64,000 bases of DNA. Source: Takakia lepidozioides (lineage: Eukaryota > Plantae > Bryophyta). Positions 12,937 through 25,489 of this stretch are shown here, in pieces. The position numbers and the translations under genes were made by a program. The notes below the pieces were generated by a model. That model worked only from the letters and a program-made list of their open reading frames with translations. It was not told the origin of the DNA and ran no database searches. The stretch is taken from positions 92,566,001 through 92,630,000 of the forward strand of contig CM060731.1 of assembly GCA_030704615.1 (NCBI GenBank), given 5' to 3'. Numbering within the stretch: the stretch's first letter is position 1; each line of letters opens with the position of its first letter.

Positions 12937-14292
12937 TGCCCATTTCGGCTATGACAGTTAGGACACACTTGTATAGATGTGGCTTGCCACAAAATTTGCA
13001 ATTTCATTGCTATGACGAGTCCAGTGGTGCCACATTCCAACTTCAAATGACCCTATTTCCGTGCCTCCTAACCCTATTTCCGTGGACACACAATTGTCCG
13101 CTCATGTTTTTTTTTTTTCCGCTCATGCTCATGGCGCTCATGAAATAGCAGCCCCCAGACCATTGTAGGATGATGCTATTGAACAGATGGTTCCAAACAA
13201 TCAACTTTATTATAAATCTGAATCCGTATCTATAGTCTACACGTGTCAAGATGTGAATGGATGAATGGTTGAAATATTTAAATCGTCGGATTGGAATAGA
13301 TCTTACGGTCTGTGATTACTATATATATATTTCATCAAATTTGTCTAAGTCCTAGAGAGCCTTAGAGCTGATTTAAATACGAGACACATGGTTAAGGGTT
13401 TATCTTTGTGATGCTCAAACTTTGTTATGTCACAAATTAAAATAAAAAATAAATCAATTTATTTTGAAAATTTTCATAGATTGTTGGTAGGATCCAAAAA
13501 ACAAAATGCATGTGTAGGTGGGTAGCTTTGTAAGCCTTGAGACTATTCCCCTAAAAATTGTGCTAAATAAGTTTCATAGCACTAAGATATGACCAAATAG
13601 ACAATAGATACATTAAAAATAAGCCCCATTGCTTCCCAGGTTACCACAATACACCTATACACAACAATTAATGTGCAGAGCTAATCCTACCATGAAATGA
13701 TGATGGCGACCGTACTGTAGCAGACAATGCTCAAACCGAGGCAGAGTGATGCTCTTGTTTTGTAATTGAGTTTGAATTGATGAAATCTGTGCAGTTGCCC
13801 AAAATTCTGATGATGGAGGTGGGAACAACAGGAGCTGAACTAGTATAAGAGTTTCACTCGAGTCTTTGAAAGTCGCCGTCTCTGCGAGGTTTCGTTACAA
13901 CCAATACACAAGAAAATGAACGACAATGATGTGGCTGACGACGATGACGTGTTTACGATGACATGGCGATGATGACATGTCTACGATGATATGGCGATGC
14001 TGACATGGTACTATGGCACCCTATTCCTGCTCTACGCTAAACTAGTCTCCTACCTTCAGTCGGCTTACGGATATTTTGGTTGTGGGCTTCTTTCTGGTGT
14101 TCCAATATGGGAGGAGGCATGCTAAAGGTGTCTTTGTATGAATCCTTGCCTTGGCTTTGCTTTGTAGATGCGAATGGACTGATTCATGATACCACTGATG
14201 TTAGAGAGGGGTGAGTGTATGTGACAGAGGCAAGAATGAGAGATTCTCACCATCACAGTTCCCTTGCGAAGATTTTGGGTGCGGCTGTTGTT

Positions 14293-14889
14293 GCTGTCGT
14301 GCGCATACATATCGCTACACAACTACATCGCTGTCCAAAACCACACAACACATGTGCACGCCACACACTAGTCCACCACTAGTCCACCACTAGTCCAACC
14401 ACTAGGCTACAACTAGTCAGTCACTAGGCTGCCACTTTGCTGCCCACTATGGCAGTCACTAGTCCACCACAATGATAAAGAAGAAGAATACAAGCACAAG
14501 CTCATGCGAGCTCACAAAGCTGAAGCATAAACTCATGCATATATAGCCTCATCACTCAAATACAAGTCAAGCCAAGTGCACCCCACGCCATGGGGAATCC
14601 ACACTACGGCGCCATAGCTAGACGCGGTGAGGCTCAACTCGAGAAAGATGAGCCTCCCGCGCTTGCCGTGAAGATAACCACTCCAGGGCCTAAATCTGCC
14701 TTGACCCCTGGATTGACACTTGGGCCAATCCCAAATGTCAATATGTGAAAGCTAGTTATTTCCTAGCTAGTTTCACACTAGTGGTAAAATAACTTGATAG
14801 CTGTCGTGCGCATACATATCGCTACACAACTACATCGTTGTCCAAAACCACACAACACATGTGCATGCCACACACTAGTATACCACTAG
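14293..14889. repeat. 90-bp direct repeat (14293-14382 and 14800-14889)
   Basis: GCTGTCGTGCGCATACATATCGCTACACAACTACATCG...CCACACACTAG occurs twice, 507 bp apart. Confidence 0.8.
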
Positions 14890-16822
14890 CCATGGACCTC
14901 TTTCCCCTTTTCCAGAGCTGCCAGGGCAGTGTTCATAATGACATTTGGTACAATTCCAGCTTTGATGATACCCCATGCACCTCTTTCCCCTCGTCCAGGC
15001 TCGATGCACCCACATTTTGCATACATGTCCACCAAGGTATGGTTCAGACTGACATTTGGTACAATTCCAGCTCTGAAGATGTAGCTATGGACCCATTTCC
15101 CCTTTTCCAAAGCTGCCAGGGCAGTGTTCAGAATGACATTTGGTACAATTCCAGCTTTGATGATATCCCCATGCATTTCTTTGCCCTTGTCCAGGGCTGC
15201 CAGGCTTGCACAAGCATTGCAAATGCACACAAAGTGGCCGGGCTTCACCCCCTCCCCCCTCCCCCATCATTGGATCATAGGTCTCCAAAGCCTCCATCCC
15301 ACGTCCCTGTTGTGCATACCCTGCAAGCATCGCACTCCACAACACCACATCTCGTTCAGCCATAGTGTCAAAAACTCCCTTTGCATCCTCAATGCATCCA
15401 CATTTGGCATACATGTCCAGGTCAGGGCAGTGTGCAGAATGACATCCGGTGCAATTCCAGCTTTGACCGATGTCACCATGGACCTCGTTCCCCTTTTCCA
15501 GGCTTGCACATGCATTGCAACACATACAAACGCGATGTGGTTGGGCTTCACCCCTTCGCGCATCATTTGCTCATAGGTCTCCAAAGCATTCGTACAACGC
15601 CCATGCTTGGTAATCCTGCCAACATTATATTCCACGTGATCAAAGATCGTTGAGGCATTCTGTGTTGAACACTTGGTGATCATCCATGATGCTCCCCTTA
15701 ACATACATGTTGACAAGGTTGTTGAGTAGAAAAACGTCGGCGTGAATCCACTTTGGACAATTTGAGTGTGCACCTGCTTTCCAACTTCTAGGCCTTTCAT
15801 CTTGATGCACTTATGCAAGAGACACACATACGTATCTACATCTGCTGAAATGCATCTTTGGTTTAAAATCTGTAGAGCCTCTTTCAGTTTGCCTGCCTCA
15901 TAAAGCATCTTCACATGCCCATAAGTGCCAGAATGGACTCCCTCTCTTGATCCTCTTCCAGAAGCTGTGGTCATGGTTGAGGTGCCTGATTTTATCAACT
16001 GTGCCGCTACAGCTGCCGCTTCCAGCTAACCATCTACCCATGGAGGTTTCTTGTAGCTATCCTTCCACAGGGATCCATAGGTAATCTGGAGCTTGAAATC
16101 CGACCCTCTTGGATGAATATGGACCCACACTCTATCCTGCTCCTTCAGCTATCACTGCCTCTGCACAAATCATGCATATATCCTTGTCTTGTTGCCAATG
16201 CGATCATCGCACTCCACGACACCACATCTCGTTGAGCCACAGTCGAACACTACCTTCGCATCTTTAATGCTTCCGCATTCAGCATACATGTCCACCAGGG
16301 CGGTGTTCAGAACGACAAACCCTACAAGCTGGACCATGGACCTTCCATGTCACTTCCAGGTGGAGGCAATACATATTAAAATATCTATTCCACCAAGGCC
16401 ACATTTTCTTTACATGTTTTTGTGAAACACATGTCAGCAAATGTGGCCCTGAATCACGGGTGCAATCAATGCGCAGTGGTTCATGGAGTCGTTGAGTCGA
16501 CTACATATTCACTTTAATGAATAAATATCTTTATTCCATTAATCAAATTATGAATGAAAATTTCTAGTCGCATGTGCAGTAATTAGAACCACTTGTAATT
16601 TCCGCTTTTTCAAAATTTCTGTATTTACGTAATTAAGTAAATAGCCCGGATTTTTGCTATGACTTCGGAGTCGTTGACCCCACTTCTGCCCGCCGTCTGA
16701 AATGCCCCCGTGGGCCCACATTGTCCATTTCGACTCTCCAGTAGTCCCGCTTACTGCCAAGTGGTTCCGGAGTGGTTGGCGGACACCCAGTCTATTCGGA
16801 AAAGACACGAATGCTTCTAGTG
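14890..16822 (-). repeat. Left arm of ~2-kb inverted repeat; PLS-PPR pseudogene fragments ending in a putative CACTA terminus (...GCTTCTAGTG)
   Basis: Reverse complement of 21334-23460. PPR motifs DMYAKCGCIEDAKGVFDTMAERDVVLWSAMLAGYAQQG. Confidence 0.88.
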
Positions 16823-19800
16823 GTTGGCCTCCACATCCACCTTATTTGCACACTCAGTGGCAATTCTTGCCTCAAACTCTTGCCTGAGCTCCTCCCTCAA
16901 TGCTGCCAGTTGTGTGGAAGGAACATGGGATTTCACATAAGTGCCCAACAGGTTGAGAGTCCTACTGATGGAACTCATAAGCATGGCCTGCGGTGGGTCT
17001 TCATGGAGAACTTGCTGTTGTTCTCCCTGATTCTCCACAGTTTGATGTCTCACAAACCAATCAGGCCAGGATCCTACAAGATCTTCTCCCTGAGCAACCT
17101 GATCCTCCACAGGTGCTGCAGTGCCTTTGCACTCTACCCTTTGAACCTCCTCCACAGGTTTGGGCATGATTAGCACAACAGGAATTTCTTTGGTCAGACC
17201 CTGTATCTCTGGTGCTACTGGTTCTCTGACCATGCCAGAGTTTCATAGAGAAGGTCACCCTTCTCAATTTCTGCCACTACCTGCTCTGTAGTGGGGATGT
17301 CCAACCCTTCTCCTTCCACAGCAATAGGCTCTGGTGTAACAATATGTACTATCTGAGTTACCTCTGGGGCAACTGAGTCAACTGGCTGTGATGGTTGTGG
17401 TACTGAAGTGACTTCTTCCTCCTTCTCCAAAGGTCGTGCTTCCAGCAATAACAGCCCCCTGTGCTGCTGTTCCCTATCCTGCACAAGAGCTATGGAAACA
17501 TCATCTGGTGGTTTCCTTGTAGCTAGTGGATCTGCCTCTACCGTCACATCCCGCTTCTGTCTCTTAGACTGGTGCTACCCCTCCAATCCCCTTCACCTTG
17601 TGAAGAGCCAATGGGGGTAAAATTGAGAAGGCAACAGCCAATCAGAAATGTGGATTTCATGCAGGTGGTTCCCTCCAAGAAACAAGAACAAGAAATTAGA
17701 AAAGTTATGAGCGGAAGAGTCGGGGTTGCTCCGAATAACCAGCGTTTTGACGGGAGGGGCAATCAAAGTTATAGCTTTGTAGTTATGGCGGATATCACAG
17801 ATTATACGCTCGCCTTACTTCTTACGCAGTGGCGCAAGGACGGACGGGTTGAGAGTACATTCTCTCTCACTCATTACTTGCAAGCCCCACAGGCTTAAAC
17901 TCACTTACCCGTTCCTTTCTGTGCCAACCATACTTTCATGCTCTACGCCCTGCAAGCTTTCCTACAACTATTCCAAACAAGGCCTTCTTGTTTGTCTGGG
18001 ATGAAGAGAATTAGGGGAATGGAGGATATCAGGATGAAGAGCACCACGATTCTGCAGAAGCAAACAATTGCTATACGCAGTGCAGCTGCTAAAGGAGTTG
18101 CGATTGGAAGGGCTGCTACGCAAGGAATGGTCTTTGCATCATCGGAAGTTCATGATTCAATTCATTCAGAACTTTGAGCCTCGGACAGGAGTTACACAGG
18201 TGAGGGGAGTAGATATAGAGATTACTCCCCAGTACTTGCAGCAACTATTTGAATTGCCAAATACTGAACGTTCTGTTTGCCATGAAACAGAACCAACGGT
18301 ACCTTAGCAGGTCATTCACGGAGGAGGTACTGAAAGCCTTGAGGGGAGAGGATGTGGCTTCGGCGGAGTTGATGTACAATGGTCTGGTAGAAGAGATGAA
18401 GCGGTTACAAAACACTACTGCTAAGTCCCCGATCATTGTGCCTGGCCCAATAATTGCGCAAATTATCCTTGATTCTTGTTTGCTTGATGCGCGAGAACGC
18501 AATGGGCCCGCAATTAGTTTCAGCTGCTGTACCGGGTAGGTACTTCGACGGCCCAATTTAACTTTTTGCATGATGACACCCACTATCGCTGTATATTCAA
18601 AGCGGAGTTCTTTGCCCCTTATGCCACGTGTTTGAACTCAAACACTTCCCCATCTCCCTATGTCCGCGTGGCATATTCTCCGAGTTTGACTTCCGAACTG
18701 CCGTTACACACTCTGGCCACTTTTTTGACGTTAACCCGCGTCCACCTGTCACTGACCCTATGGACTGTGCAACTTGTGTGGGCTGTGTTGGGCTGTGTCA
18801 AACTGTGACGAGCTGTAATAGGCTGTGTGATGCTGTGTCACGCTGTGGTGAGCTGTGATAGGCTGTGTCACACTGTGGTGTGATGACTGTGTGAACACCC
18901 GTGTTCTACGCTCAGGCCATACACATTCGGCTTTACGACAAGTGTTTCCTGCTCCATTGGTGTTACTGGTGTAACCTGTGACTGCTTCTGTGTTTCAAGA
19001 TGTAAATCATGTTGCAATGGTTTATCATGGATACCACTGTATCCCTTCAGCTTATTGGCATTTACTCTTCTAAGCATCTCCTTGTTAATGGTTTGTAACA
19101 TGGCTTTGTTGTTATCATACATCTTCTGTATGACATAAGGTCCTTTCCATGGTGACTTAAGCGTAGAAGCTTTAATCTTGCAACCACAGTACCAAATCTC
19201 CCGTCTTAAAAGTTTTCAATTTACCTTCATCAAATTGATCCTTCCTCTTCATCTGAATTCTGGTCATGTTATCTGGTGCATCAGCACGTACTTCTTCCAC
19301 ATGATATAATTCATGTTTCCCGACTTTAATTGAATCCTCCAATTCCATTCTCTTTCCCCATTCTGTTCTCATAGTAGGCAATAAGAATTCCACTGGTAGT
19401 AAAGCTTCCATACCATAAACTAATTGGAATGGTGTATACTTGGTTGTGACTTTATATGAAGTCCTGTATGACCACAAAGCTGTCAGCAGCTTTGTATCCC
19501 AATCTGTTCTGTTTGCATTGACTATCTTAGCCAAAATAGTGTATAGTATTTTGTTGGTGGCCTCTGCCAGCCCATTACCCTGTGGGTAATAGGTTGTACT
19601 CTAACTGTGCACAATCATGAACTCTTTAGTCAATAATTCTATGGTCTCATTAATGAAGTGACTTCCCTGGTCACTAATAAATTCCAGGGGACAGCCAAAT
19701 CTTGTAAGTATGTTCTCATACAGGAACCTTGCTGTAGACTTAGTTGTGTTGTCCCTCAAAGCCTTAGCTTCCACCCACTTTGTAGTATAATCAGTGGCTG

Positions 19801-21333
19801 TGATTATATACTTGTTCTGTGTATTCCTGGCTGGTGGGTTTATTGGTCCAACAAAGTCTAGTCCCCATTTCTGGAATGGTTCAGTAGGCATCGTAGGATG
19901 CAAAGCCATCTTTCCAGATCTTTGCAAAGGTCCTAGCCTCTGACACTCATCACAACTCTTGCAATACTTGTGTACTTCCTTGAACAGAGTAGGCCACCAG
20001 TAACCCGCAAGTAGTATTTTTCTACTGGTAGTCTCCTCTCCAAAATGAGCTCCAGCCACTCATTTATGAACTTCTTCCAAAACTTTATTTACTTCATGGT
20101 GGTACAAGCATCGTTTAAGAACTCCATCAGGTCCTAGCTTATACAATCTGCCACCTATCATAGTGTAGGGTAAAGCCTTGATAGCTATTCTCTTCCTCTG
20201 TTCCTTCCCATAACTGGGTGGGCACTGACCATTAGTAAGGTAGTATCTGATTGGCCACTGCCAATCTAACCAATCATCTGCACTTCCTTGCACCTCCACT
20301 ACAAATAAACTCGCATAAGGTAGTTGGTCGTCTACTCCCGTGGCGGGATCTCCTGTTGATAGGCGTGACAAGTGATCTGCCACAAGATGCAAACGGCCAG
20401 GCTTGTAAACAACTTCGAATTCAAACTCGTGCAAGATTATTAACCATCTTGCTATCCTGCCACTTATCAAAGGCTTGTTCACCAGATAAATCAAAGCCTG
20501 ATGATCCACATAAAACATAAACTTCCTTCCCAATAGGTAATGCCTGAATTTCTTGACTGCATAAATCATTGCCAATGCTTCTCTTTCAGTGGTGCTATAG
20601 TTCATTTAAGCACTATTCAAAATCCTGCTAGCATAGTACACAGGTGAATCTATGTTCCCTGTGACATTTTGGGCTAACACAGCTCCCAATGCTTCTCCTG
20701 AGGCATCACAGTGTACATGGAATATTACATGCCAGTGAGGGTTAATCAGCACAGGTGTAGTTGTTACTGACAATGTAAGTGCCTCAAATGCTTGTTGACA
20801 TTCAGCTGTCCATGCAAACACTGCATCCTTCTTCAAAAGCTTGTTCAATGGAGCTGCCATCTGTGCATACCGTTTGACAAACCTTCTATAATAAGTAGTT
20901 TGTCCAAGGAACCTCCTTAGACCCTTCACGTTACTTGGTGGTGGTGAGGCTTTAATAGCCTCTATCTTTCTAGGATCCACAAGCAGTCCCTTCTTACACA
21001 CAATGTGTTCCAGTAGTACCCCTGAGTTCACACAGAAAGTACACTTTTCCGGATTCAGACCAAGACCTCTCATCCTGCATCTGGCCAAACATAATTCCAA
21101 CTTCTGCAAATGCTCATTCTTAGAGCTGTACACACTGAAGTCATCTAAGAACACTTGCATGAAATCATCCAGATACTCATGGAAGAATTCACTTATCACC
21201 CTCTGGAAAGTTGTTGGTGCATTACAAAGTCCAAAAGGCATGACTTTGTATGCATAAGCACCCCAGTCTATGATGAAAGCTGTCTTTCCCTGGTCTTCTT
21301 CCGCCACTTGCACTTGGTTATACCCACTGAAGC
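16823..21333 (-). mobile_element. Non-chromoviral Ty3/gypsy fragment (RT C-half, RNase H, integrase, extra 3' ORF), decayed
   Basis: GFSGYNQ...MPFGLCNAP...FLDDF (RT); DASG...NYSTTEREALA (RNase H); HFG...CDECQR...WGLDFVGP (integrase). In-frame stops at 19601, 20060, 20606. Confidence 0.92.
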
Positions 21334-21360
21334 CACTAGAAGCATTCGTGTCTTTTCCGA
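21334..21360 (+). mobile_element. Putative CACTA terminal sequence CACTAGAAGC
   Basis: Marks the inner boundary of the inverted-repeat arm and the truncation point of the gypsy RT. Mirrored at 16813-16822. Confidence 0.55.
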
Positions 21361-21819
21361 ATCGACTGGGTGTCCGCCAACCACTCCGGAACCACTTGGC
21401 AGTAAGCGGGACTACTGGAGAGTCGAAACGGACAATGTGGGCCACGGAGGCATTTCAGACGGCAGGCAGAAGTGGGGTCAACGACTCCAGAGTCGTAGCA
21501 AAAATCCGGGCTATTTAATTAATTACGTAAATACATAAAATTTGAAAAAGCAGAAATTACAAGTGGTTCTAATTACTGCACATGCGACTAGAAATTTTCA
21601 TTCATAATTTGATCAATGGAATAAATATATTTATTCATTAAAGTGAATATGTAGTTGACTCAACGACTCCATGAACCACTGCACATTGATTGCACCCGTG
21701 ATTCAGGGCCACATTTATTGACGTGTGTTTCACAAAAACAAGTAAAGAAAACGTGGCTTTGGTGGAATAGATATTTTAATATGTATTGCCTCCACCTGGA
21801 AGTGACATGGAAGGTCCAT

Positions 21820-24800
21820 GGTCCAGCTTGTAGGGTTTGTCGTTCTGAACACCGCCCTGGTGGACATGTATGCTGAATGCGGAAGCATTAAAGATGCGAA
21901 GGTAGTGTTCGACTGTGGCTCAACGAGATGTGGTGTCGTGGAGTGCGATGATCGCATTGGCAACAAGACAAGGATGTATGCATGATTTGTGCAGAGGCAG
22001 TGATAGCTGAAGGAGCAGGATAGAGTGTGGGTCCATATTCATCCAAGAGGGTCGGATTTCAAGCTCCAGATTACCTATGGATCCCTGTGGAAGGATAGCT
22101 ACAAGAAACCTCCATGGGTAGATGGTTAGCTGGAAGCGGCAGCTGTAGCGGCACAATTGATAAAATCAGGCACCTCAACCATGACCACAGCTTCTAGAAG
22201 AGGATCAAGAGAGGGAGTCCACAATGCCTCTTCTGGCACTTATGGGTATGTGAAGATGCTTTATGAGGCAGGCAAACTGAAAGAGGATCTACAGATTTAA
22301 ACCAAAGAGGCATTTCAGCAGATGTAGATACGTATGTGTGTCTCTTGCATAAGTGCATCAAGATGAAAGGCCTAGAAGTTGGAAAGCGGGTGCAGACTCA
22401 CATTGTCCAAAGTGGATTCACACCGACGTTTTTCTACTCAACAACCTTGTCAACATGTATGTTAAGGGGAGCATCATGGATGATCACCAAGTGTTCAACA
22501 CAGAATGCCTCAACGATCTTTGATCACGTGGAATATAATGTTGGCAGGATTACCAAGCATGGGCGTTGTACGACTGCTTTGGAGACCTGTGAGCAAATGA
22601 TGCGCGAAGGGGTGAAGCCCAACCACATCGCGTTTGTATGTGGTTCCAATGCATGTGCAAGCCTGGAAAAGGGGAACGAGGTCCATGGTGACATCGGTCA
22701 AAGCTGGAATTGCACCGGATGTCATTCTGAACACTACCATGACCTGGACATGTATGCCAAATGTGGATGCATTGAGGATGCAAAGGGAGTTTTGACACTA
22801 TGGCTGAACGAGATGTGGTGTTGTGGAGTGCGATGCTTGCAGGGTATGCACAACAGGGACGTGGGATGGAGGCTTTGGAGACCTATGATCCAATGATGGG
22901 GGAGGGGGTGAAGCCCGGCCACTTTGTGTGCATTTGCAATGCTTGTGCAAGCCTGGCAGCCCTGGACAAGGGCAAAGAGGTGCATGGGGATATCATCAAA
23001 GCTGGAATTGTACCAAATGTCATTCTGAACACTGCCCTGGCAGCTCTGGAAAAGGGGAAAGAGGTCCATGGAGACCTATGATCCAATGATGGGGGAGGGG
23101 GTGAAGCCCGGCCACTTTGTGTGCATTTGCAATGCTTGTGCAAGCCTGGCAGCCCTGGACAAGCGCAAAGAGGTGCATGGGGATATCATCAAAGCTGGAA
23201 TTGTACCAAATGTCATTCTGAACACTGCCCTGGCAGCTCTGGAAAAGGGGAAAGAGGTCCATGGCGACATCTTCAGAGCTGGAATTGTACCAAATGTCAG
23301 TCTGAACCATACCTTGGTGGACATGTATGCGAAATGTGGGTGCATCGAGCCTGGACGAGGGGAAAGAGGTGCATGGGGTATCATCAAAGTTGAAATTGTA
23401 CCAAATGTCATTATGAACACTGCCCTGGCAGCTCTGGAAAAAGGGGAAAGAGGTCCATGGCGACATCTTCAGAGCTGGAATTGTACCAAATGTCATTCTG
23501 AACCATACCCTAGTGGACATGTATGAAAATGTGGGTGCATTGAGCCCTGGACAAGGGCAAAGCGGTGCATGGGGTATCATCAAAGCTGGAATTGTACCAA
23601 ATGTCATTATGAACACTGCCCTGGCAGCTCTGGAAAAGGGGAAAGAGGTCCATGGTGACATCTTCAGAGCTGGAATTGTACCAAATGTCATTCTGAACCA
23701 TACCCTGGTGGACATGTTTGCAAAATGTGGGTGCAAAGGGATCTAGGATCTAGGATGCAAAGGGAGTGTTCGACACTATGGCTGAACGAGATGTGGTGTC
23801 ATGTAGTGCGATGCTTGCAAGGTATGCACGGCAGGGACGTGGGATGGAGGCTTTGGAGACCTATGAGCAAAGGATGGGGGAAGCACATCATGTTTGTGTG
23901 CATTTGCAATGCTTGTGCAAGCCTGGTAGCCGGCCTGGAGAAGGGCAAGAGGTGCATGGGGATATCATCAAAGCTGGAATTGTGCCAAATGTCAATCTGA
24001 ACACTGCTCTGGCAGCTTTGGAAACGGGCGACATCTTCAGGGTTGGAATTGTACCAGATGTCATTCTGAACAAAACCCTGGTGAACATATTTGCAAAATG
24101 TGGGTGCATCTAGGATGCAAAGGGAGTGTTCGACACTATGGCTGAACGAGATGTGGTGTCGTGGAGTGCGATGCTTGCATGGTATGCACGGTAGGGACGG
24201 AGCAGGGACGTAGGATGGAGGCTTTGGAGACCTATGAGCAATGCAAGCACATCATGTTTGTGTGCATTTGCAATGCTTGTGCAAGCCTAGCAGCCGGCCT
24301 GGAGAAGGGCAAGAGGTGCATGGGGATATCATCAAAGCTGGAATTGTGCCAAATGTCAATCTGAACACTGCCCTGGCAGCTTTGGAACTGGGGAAAGATG
24401 TGCATGGCGACATCTTCAGAGCTGGAATTGTACCAGATGACATTCGGAACAATACCCTGGTGAACATGTTTGCATAATGTGGGTGCATCTAGGATGCAAA
24501 GGGAGTGTTCGACACTATAGCTGAACGACATGTGGTGTCGTGGAGTGCGATATGATGTGCTTGCAGGGTATGCACAACAGGGATGTGGAATGGAGGCTTT
24601 GGAGACCTATAAGCAATGCAAGCATCATGTTTGTGTACATTTGCAATGCTTGTGCAAGCCTAGCAGCCGGCCTGGAGAAGGGCAAAGAGGTGCATGGAGA
24701 TATCATCAAAGCTGGAATTGTACCAAATGTCAATCTGAACACTGCCCTGGCAGCTTTGGAAAAGGGGAAAGAGGTCCACATGGCGACATCTTCAGAGTTG

Positions 24801-25200
24801 GAATTGTACAAACTTAAGCTCCAGCAGGAAATTCCATTGTCTTGCTCACAGCCCGCGCCAACTGAAGCCGAGCACTCTCAGGTTCCGCCCCTTCCTCTTT
24901 CGGTTTTCTTCGTTTTTTTAGTTTGTTTTCACATCTTCCGCCTAGCTGCCCTGGAAGTGCATGGTTGCATCGCAAAAGCACGAGTTGTTGACAAGAATGA
25001 TCAAGGTCAGAGTGGTTAGAAAGGAGCCAGGTCGTTGCTGCATTCAGATTGCTTGCCAGGACAGGGTGCACACCTCGCTGTAGATAACAGGTTGCATCTC
25101 GGAATTAAGGAAATCCATGCTGAGCTGAGAAGATTGTCTGAGCAGATAAAGTGCCTTCAAAACATTTCACCATGTTTTCCCGTCTTATGGAATTCGTGTT
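21820..25200 (+). pseudogene. Scrambled, tandemly amplified PLS-class PPR gene fragments, including an E+ domain piece (~24945-25155)
   Basis: Repeated frameshifted motifs GVKPGHFVCICNACASLAALDKGKEVHGDIIKAGIVPNVILNTAL and DMYAKCG. E+ piece RKEPGRCCIQI...DNRLHLGIKEIHAELRRLSEQIK. Confidence 0.9.
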
Positions 25201-25489
25201 CATTTGTTCATCGTGTTTCATGTTGATTTCTGCAAGTTACTGGTTGAGTGAACCTTAGATAGTTTGCAATGCGTGTGCAAAGCCGGCAGCTCTGGAGAAG
25301 GCTGCTTGTGCATGTCATTCTTAGGCATTGGTTGGATTTGGTTTCATTGTTGTTCCATGGCACTCCATACTTGGTTTTGTTTTGTTTTCATTGTTGTTCC
25401 ACGATTGTTGCGATGGTGGTTGCGCTGCTCGTGGCGGATGGTGGTTTTCATTCCGATGTTGGTTCTCACGATTTTCGGGAATGACACAG

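Noticed and set aside
13150-14890. Possible MITE, solo LTR or TRIM
   Set aside because: No convincing TIR/TSD or PBS/PPT could be assigned; only the 90-bp direct repeat is supported.
20606-21445. 279-aa ORF with a novel N-terminus on RT
   Set aside because: Chance read-through from the inverted-repeat arm into the truncated gypsy RT at 21333.
22336-25019. Functional PPR RNA-editing factor gene
   Set aside because: Numerous frameshifts, stops and shuffled partial motifs, and no DYW domain.
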